This document shows positions 27,501 to 40,278 of a DNA stretch of 64,000 nt, piece by piece. This DNA comes from Klebsormidium nitens (Eukaryota; Plantae; Klebsormidiophyceae), in contig DF236962.1 of NCBI GenBank assembly GCA_000708835.1, positions 1-64,000 on the forward strand. The letters run 5' to 3'. A model generated the notes under the pieces. That model saw nothing but the letters and a program-made list of their open reading frames with translations. It did not search any database and had not been told where the DNA came from. Made by a program: the position numbers and the translations under genes. Numbering within the stretch: the first letter of the stretch is position 1; every line of letters starts with the position of its first letter.

Positions 27501-30079
27501 GGCATTGCGCGCCTCAAAACTATCTGGACCATGACCCGGGCGCTCCCGCCGCACCCCACGCAGCTGCTGACGTTTGTGTCGGCGGACTCGCTGCCGAGCG
27601 GAGACAAGGTGCTGAAAGTGCTCGCGAGCAGCCTGCAAGCGCAGGCGGAGGCGGTCGGTGACACCCCGAGGGATCACCTGCAGGTGAGGCGGAATCGTCG
27701 AGAAAGCGTCCGCAGTCAGCTTTAACTTTCGGATTTGTTCGCGTCTTAAGCATACGTAGCAGACAGAACCAACCGAACGAGTCCGCAATTGGATCTGTTG
27801 CTGGGATCGGATTGCTCAACTTTGAGCTTGTCCCGGCCTAGTTCCTTTGGTTGTTGAGATACAAGTGCTGAGTCAGCAAACTCTATATCCAACCACCAGG
27901 GCATGTAGTCAGTGATCTCACGGGATCATCAGCATCTGACTACTCAACGTGATTGCCGTCTAAGTGCTGGAGGAGCTGTACTTTGACGGCTTTTCTCAAT
28001 GGACCACTGCATGCTCGCATCTCAGAATCACTGAATCATTGCACTGCGTTGCACTTTGCGTGGCTTAAAACACCCGAACGTGAAAACTGGTCGCGGATTT
28101 CAACAGAAGGACGCGCTTCGTTTGTACGGCGACCCTGATTTGCAAGTGCTAACACTGTTCAACTTCCCTGATACTCCCACAGAAGAGCGCAGCGGAACCT
28201 GCTCGCGACGGGGACGACCGTGCAGCTGGAGACTCGTTCGCCGCTTCGAGAGGCGCTGCGAACAGCAACTCAGGGCGGCTCGAGAAAATGAAGGCGGCCA
28301 TACGGATGACGGTCACTGGGGGCGACGACGGAGGGGGATCCCCCCGGTCACTACTGGAGGACACGGGCATCGTGGTCGGCGACGAACTCGTGGGGGGCGA
28401 GACGGAACTAGAGCGAGCGCTAGCACAGGCACGGAGCCACAACAAGGCGGTGGAGCGCGCCAAGGCCTCGGTCGAGCTGGCCAAATTCGAGGGGATTGGG
28501 AACAACGTCGCGCTTCTAAAGGTAAGCGGCGGGCTGTCGGTATCGAGATGGTGGAAGAAGGAGACATACTCGCTGGTCCGCAGGGCGGAGAGACTGGATG
28601 CCGATGCCTCCAAGACTTGGATTTGTTGCTGCTGCTCCAGAGGTAGCTTGCATGGTCGTCAAAGCCATATGTCTGAAGTTATCGTCCTGAGTTATGCGAG
28701 ACAAAACAGGCGGGGTCTGCTCATCTGTCCCGCGAGTGACCTGGGTCTGCTCGTGCTGCTTAGGTGCTTAGACACTGCTCATACTGTACCCTGCAGGAGC
28801 TAGCCGTGCCCTTCATTCTGCTCTGGGGAGTCTTCGACTCTCTTCGGAAGTGGGACGACCCGCCCAAGACGATGATCTTCATCTCCGCCGTTATGTACCT
28901 TATCTACTCGTAAGTGATGCAAACAGTCGCTTCTATCTCGACCGTGCATTGCCATCGCTTGCACAGAGTTGCTACATGCGCACAATCTTACCCGCAGTCT
29001 TCCTCGCTTCTTTCTGTGCCAACTCTTATGGAGCGTAGAGCAGTGGCTCGCTTCTTGATTCACAGTCGGAGTCCGTGTTTGCCGTAGCACGTTTTTCCTT
29101 TTTAGAGGGACTAGAACACGGACCCGAGAAAGTTCCCGGGTGAAGACGGTCGTTTATTTCATTGTTGGTACGTTCGTTTCTGCAGCGACTGGATCCGATA
29201 TGCGGTCCCCGTGTTCCTCCTCCTGAACGCGGGCTTCATCCTGTATCTGCGCTACATCAAAAAGTTCGGGCGCGGCAACACGCCCATGGTGGTGGTTCCC
29301 GCGCCGCCGCCGTCCAGCACCGTGGGTCAGCTCATGAGTCTGCAGCAGGCCATCGCGTTTGTCGAGTACGCGCTGCAGGACGTCAACATCGCGCTGCTCA
29401 AGACGCAGGCGCTCTTCTTCTCCGAGTTCACGCAGGTGAGCACTCTGGGCTCCGCAGACACTGCCTTTGGTCGCACCGGGAAGGCAAGTACGGAATAGTA
29501 CCAACCGCTTTGACGCGCAACGCACTTCCACATTAGTGCCTCCGCTCGACGGATCTTATGAGTGCCACGAGGTCGAAGAGGCTGGGTGTACGGGGTCAGG
29601 CCCGCTGTGGAACGCCCCCTGACAGGCTCCAACATTGGGCATGCGTTCTGTATGCTGATGAGGGTCCTATGCTGGGAAGGTCTTCGAAAGTGTGTCACCG
29701 CGGTCCTATACGTGCTAATTTCGAGCTTTCAGGAGGAATGAATGGAAGTGTCATCGAGAGGTTTTCGACGTTTGACCGATGGATAGCAGATAATCTACTA
29801 AGCCGCCCGCTTATGGTGCGTCAAAGTAATTCATACCTTACGTTCATGCAGGCCACGGACCAGCTGTTGGCTGCTCACGTCATCGCTGCCCTCGCTCTTC
29901 TAGTTTTCCCATTCAAGTTAGTTTGCGTAGGCTGGTTCTTGGACACGTTCACCAATGAGCTTGAGTTCCGGCGAGAAAGCACAAGAAAGTTTATCCGGAG
30001 AATGAAGGAATGGTGGTACAGCATACCAGTGGTACCTGTGAAGTTCGTCCAATCGGAGGCAGAAGGCGAGGATGGATAA
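24525..30079 (+). CDS. Plant DUF639 family protein (At1g48840-like)
   Basis: Exons ~24525-24706, 25380-25617, 25886-26055, 26291-26468, 26771-26910, 27341-27683, 28183-28642, 28798-28909, 29186-29434, 29851-30079. Motifs ELSSLANVVCRQCAKIL, ARNFLEYAC, FRRLTYDMMVAWE, AWPGRLTLTDHAVYFE, ALEFPELTGNTRRNYWLA, RRMKEWWYSIPVVPV. An alternative start lies at 24507. Confidence 0.9.
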
Positions 30080-31433
30080 TTGTTGCTTTATCAGAATAGT
30101 GTACCAGCATCCCACTGGTCACTGCATGTATAATGACAAGCAAATAGATTCTGCAGGACACTTGCGTGCATGCTGAAAGTAAAAACCTGTCGGCAACGCC
30201 ACCAAGTTGTAACGTTTCAAATAAACGGACTCCGAAGTAAGTAAACTCTAAATTTTGTGTTTGTTACGATTGGCTTTGTGCTCTAGAAGCCAGGATCCTG
30301 TAAGCTGTCGTTGCCAGGGTCATTGCCAGGTAGTCAGCCCTCGGGCCACTCAGGCGGCGCATATCGTGCATGCATTGGGATGAAGTTTCTGCTGGCAAGC
30401 AATGATTGATATACACACGGAACTACATATCAGGGTATGACAAAAGGGGCCATGGCGCATGGTCGCCAATTCATACGGCCCAATTTATTTGCATATGGAT
30501 CGACGTATGGTGACCTAGGTTCTGCGCCATATGATATTGCTCATATAACCATCTGCGCCGCGGCCGCAGACGCCATGCATGGGGTCACGTATTCCAACGC
30601 CTATCGTACACACATGAGGCCACGTATATACACGTAGATATTGATTGCATCATGGCTTAAATGTACATGATACATATAGGATATTGCATGGTCTCTTTTC
30701 GTACTCGCCGTAGCCAAATAGGCCATAGGCTTGTCATGACATACGCGGTACATGTATATGATTGGTGTGTGTTTCTCGGATCGTTCATGGAGCCATATGT
30801 ATCTTGGGTCAAGCTCGACTTTATACCGACGAAGTTCTAAATAGGTAGGTACCTAAATCCTAAACCAAAGCTGATGTTTCCTATCCCATAGCGTATCATA
30901 GCGACCCAAGCTACGACATACGGTACCTAGGTACCTAGCTAGTAGGCAGCTAGGTACCGTAATAGCGACTCCGCGGCCGGCCAGCCGGCCCCGCCGCACC
31001 GGCCGCGCGGCGCAGCATTCGTAACTTTCCTCATGAAGGCGTCTACCGGGCAACAAGCTGAGCTCGAACCCTAATTTTGATTGCTACCAAACCATTAAAT
31101 GATATAGAGAAAGAAATTTGTAGGTATGCTAGCATTAGTAGGTATATTATTTTTCGATACCAACCACCTTGATAGACAAGGTGCGAGCACCTTGCGATCG
31201 GCCCTTGGCGAGCTTATACCTCAAGACTTGCACAAACCTTCAAGACACAGCTGATTCGAAGCTAGCTGGCTGATGTTGGTAGAGCAAACTTGGAGTCGGT
31301 AGGACAGCTTGAATACTTTCGTTCGCGAGCTGAATCCGGAAATCACTCTTGAGTCCATTCAGCCTGGCATCGACAAATTACAGAGGCAGGCGGTTCATGC
31401 CAAACCATTGTTGCTGAGCTCCTGCAAACAAGC

Positions 31434-34400
31434 ATGGCTGGAAGTGAAGAGGACTTGGACCCCATGAGTCCTCAGAGTATGGGCAATGTGGGAGCTGACG
31501 CATTTGATGACGAAGATGGCGAGCCAGCGCTGCCCCTGGATCCCAATAACCGGCTCCTGGACCGGGCCCAGGCAGCCTTGCGAACGCAGCTCCTCAATCA
31601 AAAGCAGGTGCGTAAGTTCGTGGAGGTGTCGTTTAAAGCAAAGTCAACGGCTGGCCCTATTGCTCTTTACAGTGGTGGCTGGGGATGACATCGCATCGCA
31701 CAATCTCCCAGTCGAACAGAAGTTCGTGGTTTGCTGGCTGGCAATCTGGATTCTGGACGACTCAAGGCACTATAGTGATCTTCATTGAAGGGGCATGTTT
31801 CAAAGAGCAGCCACCAATGAGGACACTCACCAAGCTTTTCCCTCTTAAGCAGAGGCCATAAGGACATCTTCAGCTCCTAGTGGAAGTCGAACTGACATGG
31901 TTAACCTGTGCAGGAGCTGGAGGAGGCGGTACGAGAACGGGGCAAGGAGCTGAAAGACGCAAAGACGCGCAGGGAGGATCTCGGGGTGGAGCTGTATGGC
32001 GTGCAGCAGCAGCTCGCCAAGCTGCAGATGACCCTGGAGAAAGCTCACGAGGAGTATGCTGAGATCAACAGAGTCCGGCTCCAGGTAGGGAGGCACGATG
32101 CATGGGGCATCATCAACACTTCGGAGACATGACGGGGTGTCCGTCTACTCGAGGTCCTTGCTTACCGGTCGCCGTTTAAGGCTGGAGGAGTCTATATGGC
32201 ATTGAGGATAAGGGGCTCGTATTGAAACTATGCTTCCTGAAATTGACGGCAAGCTCGGCGCCCAAAGGCCTCTCTCGACACCTTCTCTTCCATCATCACT
32301 CCCAGCCTCAAACACCTCAAGTAGCTTCCTTGCCAATACTTGAAAGGCCATAGCTTCTGATCCCGCTTTGCATGCATAGGCCGAGAAGGACCTGGCGGCG
32401 ATGCGGCAGACGAATGTGGCGCGGCGCGAGGAGACCGCCGCGGGGCGCGTGCGCGCGGAGCAGTTCCAGGTGGAGCTGGACCGGCTGGGGGCCACTCTGC
32501 GCCAGGTGGAAGAGTACAACGAGAAGGTTAAAAGCGAGATTGCGGTCACGCGGCGGGCAACGTACGCGGCGGAAGAGGCGATCTCCAAAATGGAGAAGGA
32601 GAAGAAGGAGCAGGACCTGCTGATTGACCAGCTGCAGGTGAGGGTGGCACGCGGTAGGGAAGAAGTTCCCCTTGTTGTTGTCTGATGATGGGTGGTCCTT
32701 CTAACACTTCCGATAGAGGACCTTTTCCTTTCTTGCGGTTATGGTTGGATTGCAGTAGGGATGGTGGCATGATCTTGCAGCCCCTCATAAACATATGGGT
32801 GGGTTCGAGACTAGTGGCTTGATCTTGAAGCGACAGCCACTTCTGATCATCGCTACGGGACAGTCTTCTGCAACTCCATCTCCGAACCTGGGTCAATCTC
32901 GTAGAAGGCTCCATCGGCCCCTTTGCAAGAGTCACTTTTTCACACCTGCACTCTCTGACCCCCGACTGTGTCTCCCCTGCCGCAGGAGACGCTCAAGAGC
33001 CAAGGCCAGCAGGTGGCGCTGTACGAGGCCCAGCTCGCGGCGCAGCGGCGCGAGACGCAGGCCGCACAAGACACGCTCACCGAGGCCGCGTCCGAGATGG
33101 AGGCAATCAACTTCGAGAAGAAGCAGCTGACCCTGCAGTGGAAGAGCAGCCTGATTGGGATGGCACGCCGCGACGAGGCGCTCCAGGTAAATCAGTGACT
33201 TAGTGATCGTAAAATGTAGTCAAAAGGAATCTAGTGATCTCGTGAATCAAAGGCTCAGTGATTAATAAGGCTCGACCTGATCAGAAAAGGTCTATGCGCT
33301 CCACACCCGCATCCGCCCAAAATCCCTGGCTAATTCGAGCAGTCTCAGCACTGTCCGTACGGAGTTCGCGAGGGCGAACTCCGTACGGACCGCCTGCCAC
33401 TGTAGCCCCTTCGATCGAGTGTCCAAGTTAGTAGAGTCGATCAGCCCGAACCGTCGATCGTCGAGGGTTATAGCTAGGAGGGGGTCTCTAGGTACCGTTT
33501 CGGAAGTTCACGTTCTCCCTCCTTCCGTTTTGTCTTCGGTTGTTTGCTGAGCTTATTCGTACAGCTTCTCCCCAGCAACCTTCCAGTTTACTGTAAACCA
33601 GATTAGACTGTTTCACTCATTAGCAGAGACCAACTGACACTAAATCTTTCACTAAACCTAGCAGGTTGCTTGGGAGAAGCTGTAACTGCGTTGATTGGAA
33701 TGCGATGCAGGCGCTGGAGGACGCGTTGCGGAAGCAGGGTGAGCAGGAGCGCGCGCTGGAGGGCGAGCTGGACGTGTTCCGGCGCGGGCTACGTGAGGAG
33801 CAGGAGCGGGGGGAGAAGCTGGCGGGCGCGATCGCAAAGGTGGGTATTTGGGGACTGTCAGAAGGGATGGAAGGAGAACAGGGACTTCCGGTGGTCCCTG
33901 GGTAATTCCTTCAACTAGAACCCCTGCATTCGACGGTCAAGTTTGGTGGTTCACTCAACCCAGAACGTCGATCGTAGAGGGTTACAGTTAGGAAGGGTCT
34001 CTAATTGTCGGCTCAGAAGTCCATGTTCTCCCTCCATCCGTTTGTCAGCAGGCGGAGTGCAGAGGTCTGGTCGGCTGGGGGACGGCTCGAAGTCGTGGCG
34101 CTCTTTTGACGGCAGAAGATGGACGCTTCTGATTGGTTGGCAACAAAAGGTTACTTTCTTTGGCCCTGACGCTCTCCATAACCGTGTCCGATTGCCAGTG
34201 GGCCGCTCATGGCTAAACCTTGGAGACTGGGGTTGTTTATCCGAAGATTGGAGCTTCGACACGGTCTTGTGCATGTTAAACGTCTGCAATCCGCCTGTTA
34301 GGGTGTTGGGGGGGATCGTTGTTGGGGGCCGTTGCGAAGGACGCTTCGTCACGTTCAAGGTTTTGTGCAGTTTACGTGAGGGGAGAAAGATAGCAGGGAC

Positions 34401-37400
34401 AATGACAAAGGTGCAGACGATAGGTTCGTTTGATAGTCGGAGCTGAGTGTTCAGAAAGTGGACAAATAGATCTCATTGGCAAGGCGTGTAAGGGTGGGTG
34501 CTTCAGGGGTTTGGATGGATCCTACGCTTCATTTTGGCAATGACAAGCCCGAAGTAGTAAACAAAGCCCTGATCAGCTTGTGGATCTATCTTTTGTGCAA
34601 CCAGAGGGATTCGAGTCATCATTCCTTGTCCCGTGCCGCACTGGGAGTTCACACCGCAACAGCAGGTATTCCCCTTAAGTCCGTAGTCTGATCATCTCAT
34701 GCACGGTTCTATACCCACGAAGACAATCCTTGGAATACGCTCAAGTTGCCGACCTGCCAAAAGCCCATTGAAGCCGATACTTACGAAGTTTCTGTTGTTC
34801 AGATTGAGAGGCAGAGCGAGCAGCTAAAACAGCAGATCGCCGCGACCAAGGAGCGCCGCGACTCCGCCGAGGGCAAGTTGGGTGCGCTGCAAGCGGCGCG
34901 CGAGGAGACGGAGGCGAGCTTCGTGCAGGCCAGGGGGGATGGGAAGCGGCTGCGGGCGGACGTGGACAACGTGGAGAAGGCCATGTTCAAAGCCAACCAG
35001 GAGATCCAGGTGAGCCGATTTTGCGGTTTCACAGTTTAGGGTTCTGGGCTTTAGGGTTTTGAGGAGTGCAAAAGAGGGGCAACGAGCTAGCCGCCTGGAA
35101 AGGATCAAGGATAGAGAGCCTTGAGGCGCTGGCATGTCTGATTCCAGAAAGTGGATCAGGATTCGATGCAATCAAAGTCGCCAAAGGTTGTCGGTTCTCA
35201 GGAACCAGACCGGCTTTCCGACGGTTGGGCAGCTTTTGTTGCTGACGGGGAGCGTGAAGGGGCTGTTTCTTGTCCTCATTAGCCAGCCAACTGTCTTCGC
35301 TCCTTTGAAACCCCGTTGATATGCTTTCTTCAAAGCTTCCAGAACCTCCCTGGAACTCCACTCCTTCAGCAGCTGTCTGTGGTTGCAACTTGTAAGGTCC
35401 ACTCAAACGAACAAAATTACACAGCGCCGTCTAAGGAAGAGGTGAACATCGTCAAGCCCTGGCCATCCGCCCGCGAAAGCCGAAGTCACGCACATACGAG
35501 GGGCTTAAAGTAGCCCCTTCGTGTCCTCAATAGCCAACGGCATGCAATTTCCGGCTCAACAGGTGCCAGGTGCCTTCCCCTTTCCCAAAGCTTTCGAAAC
35601 TCTCTGTGCACTTCAAAATTCATGAAAGTCGGCCACCTGCACGCAGGAGCTCGAGCTGCGCATGCTGACGAGCCCGAGCGAACCACTTCGTGTCCCTCTC
35701 AGCCAACCGAGGGTATATCTAACATTGGAATTCCGTTGTCGTCCCCTCTCTCGAAAGCTTCAAAGCCATCCCTGAATCCGGAACGCCCTCACACCCTAGC
35801 CGGCCGCCCGCAGGAGCTGGAGTCGCCATGCTGACGAGCCTGAAGAGGCCACTTGGCGTCTTGATTGGTCAACCGATCATGTTTCTTACAGCTTTCCCAA
35901 CTCTGGATCCGGACGCCCTCCTCGACTTACGCCCGCAGGAGCTGGAGTCGCGCATGCTGACGAGCCTGAAAAAGCCACCTGATGTTACCGAGCGTCTTTC
36001 TTACTTCCAAACTCCGCTCTTTATTCATCTCAGAGATTCCAAATCTCCTTTCCTCAAATCCTGCCCCCCCGCCCCGCAGGAGCTGGAGTCGCGCATGCTG
36101 ACGAGCCTGAGCGAGCAGACGACGGTGGAGAAGGGCGCCCAGGTGACGGCGCAGGCAACGCAGCGGCTGCGGCAGCGCGTGCGCGAGGAAAGTTTGGCGG
36201 CGGTGCAGCTGCAGAACGAGCTGGCCAAACTGCGGGTGGACGTCCTCACCGCGCACGGCCGCAACGCGCAGCTGCGCGAGGTGCTCGCGGGGGTCGATGC
36301 GGAGATCCGGGAGAAAGGGGCCACCATCGAGAAGTACCAGGTGAGGGGTTTAGGGAGGGTTAGGATGGGTCGGCTTTGAAGCGGGGATTAAGGCGGAAAG
36401 GAACGTCAGAAGCATCTGCCGCCGCACTGACTCTTTGATCAGACATGGGGCCGCTTTAAGACCGTCGGCAATTGCAAGGAAAACAATGCAGCGATGCTTG
36501 GAATATTCTGGAACGATTGCGGGTGCAAACCCCTTCCGCAGGTTTACGGGAAGCCTGCACTGTTGGCGTGGAAAGGCGGTGAGGAGACGTCTCATTGTTT
36601 GAACCCTACGTCTCACTTGCTCGTTGTTCATACCCTGGAGCTTATGCTCCAGTCTCCGAGTCCGACAAACAACGCGGCCAAGACTTGCCAGCCCTACTCT
36701 CCCCTTCGTTCCGTTGCTCACTCCTCAAAACAAGCGCTACCGCTTATCCGGCTCCTGCGCTCACTTTGCTTACTTTCATTTGTTCCGCCCAGATCGAGAT
36801 CCGGCGGCGGAACGACGAGGTGGAGAAGAAGACGAAGGAGGTGGACCGGCTGAACAAGGCATACGACAAGCTGACGGCGGCCGTGGTGGATGAGAATATG
36901 GGCCCGTTGGAGGCGACCATTGCTAACATTTCCAAGGAGATTGTCGCCAAGGCCGCGGAAGCGAAAGATTTGCAGCGCGCCTGGGTCACGTGCCAGACGG
37001 AGCTCGTGGGGCTGATCAACGACAACAACGGCCTCGCCGAGAAAGTGCAGGTGGGTTTGGGTTTGGGTTTGGGTTTGGGTTTGGATTTTGAGTTAGGGCT
37101 TGGCTTTGGGCTTCGTTCTCGGGCTTGAGAGACGAGCCTTGCATTTTCTGGGTTCTGATAAGTACGTGTCATTCGTACCAGCTCCATCCAGTGTTGAATA
37201 GTGTGAACGAAGTAATGAGATTCAGACACGAGTGTGGCGCAGCCATCTGGTTGGGGTCAGCCGACCTTTGGACATACAGTCAACCAGGTGAGAGCTTCGA
37301 TTCAAAATCTAAAGGACATACTCCTTGGCAGCGCAATAACAGTCCATCGGTATCGAAAGGCCTGCAGCACAGAATGACGACTTTGTAAGTTTTCTGCATT

Positions 37401-40278
37401 TCTTCGGCAAAACTGTACCTGCTGATCGTCCCTACAACCAGTCGAGCTCACCGTTGCTTCGCACCGTCCCACTTTATCAACCTAGACCTCGAGCAGAAAG
37501 TCAGATGCTTGGTCGGTCTTGCCGACGTAGCTGAGCCACACAAACCCCCAACCTGTACAGCATTCAATCCAAACGAACTCCAGCAAAAGAGAATTTTAAG
37601 TAATTACACCACGGATCCAGGGTTTTACGGCTCATGACTTTTTTGGGTTACCCTGAAGTTCTCAGTTCTCGGAAAAGCCACCCGTTGTGGTTGACGCACT
37701 AACCCCACTGGTGACTCCTCCCGTGCAGCGGCTCCGCGCGGAGCACACGGTTCTGAAGCAGCGGCGCGCGCGGCTGGACGGGCAGTGCGACGTGCACAAG
37801 AAGGAGATCAAGGACCTGGGGGGCAGCGTGCGAAGCATGCACTCCGACCTGCAAAAGTGAGCACGCCCTACTCGGGACCTTCATTCGCAGGAACAAGTTG
37901 CAGCGCTAGTCTGCATTGCGTAAGAGGTGCAAAATCGTCGATTTCGAACAGTCATCCGGTTTCGAGCATATGTTTCATTCCGGGCTACTCCGCAACAGTG
38001 CGAACACTTTGTCGAAAATCTTTGTCTAGATTGAATCGTTTCTGGCTGAGATTGAGATCCCCGTCTTGATACCTCCCAATCTGGAGTTTCCAAAATGCCA
38101 TACAGAGACCTTCAAATCGGCTTGACGTCATCCATCCGGTGTTTTCCTCGCAGGCTGAACGAGATGATTGCCAAGAACGCGGAGCTGCGAGGCTTCCTGG
38201 CGAACGAGACGTTCACGCTGGAGGCGGGCATCGTCGCGTCGCTGAAAGCGATGGAGGAGGAGATGGTGCACCTGGGCGGCCGCATCGAGGCCGCGCGCGC
38301 AGAGAAGCGCGAGCTGCTGAGCGACGTGGTGGACGCAGAGCGCCAGATCATGCTGTGGGAGCGCAAGATCGCGCTGGAGAAGGAGACGCAGGTGAGGGGG
38401 ATACTTAGTGAAAGTTGTTCTAATAAGCTCAAGCTTAAAAAGAGGACGAGGGCTAACACTGAAACGATAAAACCTAGACATGTACCGGCTACGCTTTTGA
38501 GCACCCCACATCCTATCACTAAACCCACCCGTTCCATGCAGGTTATCTTGTGAGAAGCTGGGCTGGGTATTATCATTCATGTAGATACAAGTGCGAGGGG
38601 GGTAGTGGTGTGTGTCAACGTCGAATCCAAGTGGACCAACCTCTGAGTGAAGAAGCGTCTGATCATGCGAAGCCTGAAACAAGAGCTGTTAGGATAGGGT
38701 TCAGCTCGAGAGGGACCCACAGATTGGGGCCGTTGAGGGTGCTTTTCACAAGAGCGCACACCAAACCAAAAGCGCTGAAGGGCAACCCCTTGAGTCGGAT
38801 GTTACTCGAGACCCCCGCTTTTGGTTAGAGGGGCTTTATCTGGATCCGAGGGTAGTGCATAGACATTTGCGGGGAAGCCAAGCATGTCACTTGGTAGCCA
38901 TCGACAATTCTGGACTAATCAAAGAACACAACGAGGATCGGGCACTCCGCTTGATTACCCACCAGAACCGCAACTCACTCAGCAACTTTACAGCCGTATT
39001 CGTCAAACTTGCCAGCAGGTTGCCAAGTGGTCAAAGCATCACTTGACCGGAAGAAACCATCAAGGGCCGTTTTATTGACAACGGTTACCATCCAACGGGT
39101 CAAGATTGCGGACCACTTTCGAGACTCGGAATTTGGAGTGGCAAGTTTGAAGCCAACAGCTGTTTTCCCATCCGCGCAGGCCGCGATCGATCCGACGATG
39201 GGAAACGAGGTCGTGGTGGTAATGCGGAAGGAGATTCACCGCATGAAGCTGCGCCTGACGGAGGTGCTGGGCCAGCAGGAGCGGCTCATTGGCGAGATGG
39301 AACGCGCGATCCTGAAGCGCGACAACATCGCGACGAAAGGGCGCGCGCAGGGCGCGAAGAAGGGCGCGGGCGGGCTGCTGCTCATGGAGACGGGGCTCGT
39401 CAAGGCGGCCGCGGACCTCAAGCGGAGCGTCAAGGAGACGGAAAAGGAGGTGAGCGGAACGAGGTGCCCTGCTTGGTGAGATTGAGGTGGATCAATAGGA
39501 GTTTCGTGTGTACGAGCGGCGACGCGAAGCTTCGCAGTGGGGGGATGCCTTAGAGTGGGAAACGTCGTTGTTGGCTTCTTGCTTAGAACGGGCAACTTTA
39601 TATCCGGGAGTGTCAATCGTGTGCTACTCCTTGAAGAACCGAAGGGAGGCAGATTCCTACGAAAAGGAACGTTCCAATCGATATACCCCGAAGTTCGTAA
39701 GTTTGGGGGTCTTCAGCATCAGTTGCAGCACCGTTCGGATCTACACCTTTTATTCAAGTGAGCTCTTGTCTCTGCTGGGGTCGGAGGGAGGCGTCAAGCT
39801 CCTGATCTGGTTTCAGATATGACACAGTCCAACAGTTTAAGCGCAGCCAGAGTGTCACTACTTCAAACCAAGACTGTTTTCGCATCCACAGGCGGCGGAG
39901 GCGGACGCACGAATACAGCACGCGGCCGCCAAGCGAGACGCGCTGGCCCAGGAACTAGAGGAGGGGGGGAACAAGATCACCAAGATGCGGGAGGACGAGG
40001 AAGCGCTGGGGCGAGAGTTAGATACCGTGGTCACGAACCGGATGAAAGAGCTGATGAACACGACGAGGCTCCAGAAAAGCGTCAAACGGTTCGAGGACGT
40101 GCAGGCGGGAAAGTGGAAAGGCCTGGGCTTAGCGGAGGCGGACCTCGAAGCGGAGCTTGGCAAGGCGCTGGAGAAGAAGAGGGCGATATCGGACGTCGTG
40201 CAGAAGATCTGCAAGGAGCTGCCGCACCTAGAGGCGTCGCTCACAAAGTGTCTGGCGCAGGTCTCCGTCGAAGGATAG
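31434..40278 (+). CDS. CCDC40: Coiled-coil domain-containing protein 40 (FAP172), axonemal ruler
   Basis: Exons 31434-31607, 31914-32084, 32380-32637, 32986-33186, 33711-33839, 34803-35009, 36080-36340, 36793-37050, 37729-37856, 38154-38391, 39180-39449, 39892-40278. Motifs REDLGVELYGVQQQLAKLQ, KSEIAVTRRATY, KKEQDLLIDQLQ, MEAINFEKKQLTLQWKSSLIGM, MGPLEATI, QIMLWERKIALEKET, MRKEIHRMKLR. Confidence 0.92.
33452..34046 (+). repeat. ~83-bp dispersed repeat in adjacent CCDC40 introns (33452-33534 and 33966-34046)
   Basis: CGTCGATCGT.GAGGGTTA.AG.TAGGA.GGGTCTCTA...GAAGT.CA.GTTCTCCCTCC.TCCGTTT.GTC is present in both copies, about 80% identical by eye. Confidence 0.8.
35642..36110 (+). repeat. Four copies of a 3' splice site plus exon start in CCDC40 intron 6
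   Basis: CGCAG|GAGCT(G/C)GAG(T/C)..CATGCTGACGAGCC with exon-like starts at 35647, 35814, 35939 and 36080 (the functional one). Confidence 0.9.
37053..37084 (+). repeat. (GGGTTT)5 telomere-like G-tract, potential G-quadruplex
   Basis: Five GGG runs separated by TTT, directly after the donor at 37051. Confidence 0.9.

Noticed and set aside
33353-33410. Hairpin as a Helitron 3' end
   Set aside because: No CTRR terminus at the expected ~11 nt spacing on either strand; kept only as an unexplained hairpin.
35642-36110. Regularly spaced ~35-bp repeats resembling a CRISPR array
   Set aside because: The repeats are copies of a splice acceptor plus exon start, the spacers are 90-130 bp and partly homologous, and the context is eukaryotic with no cas genes.
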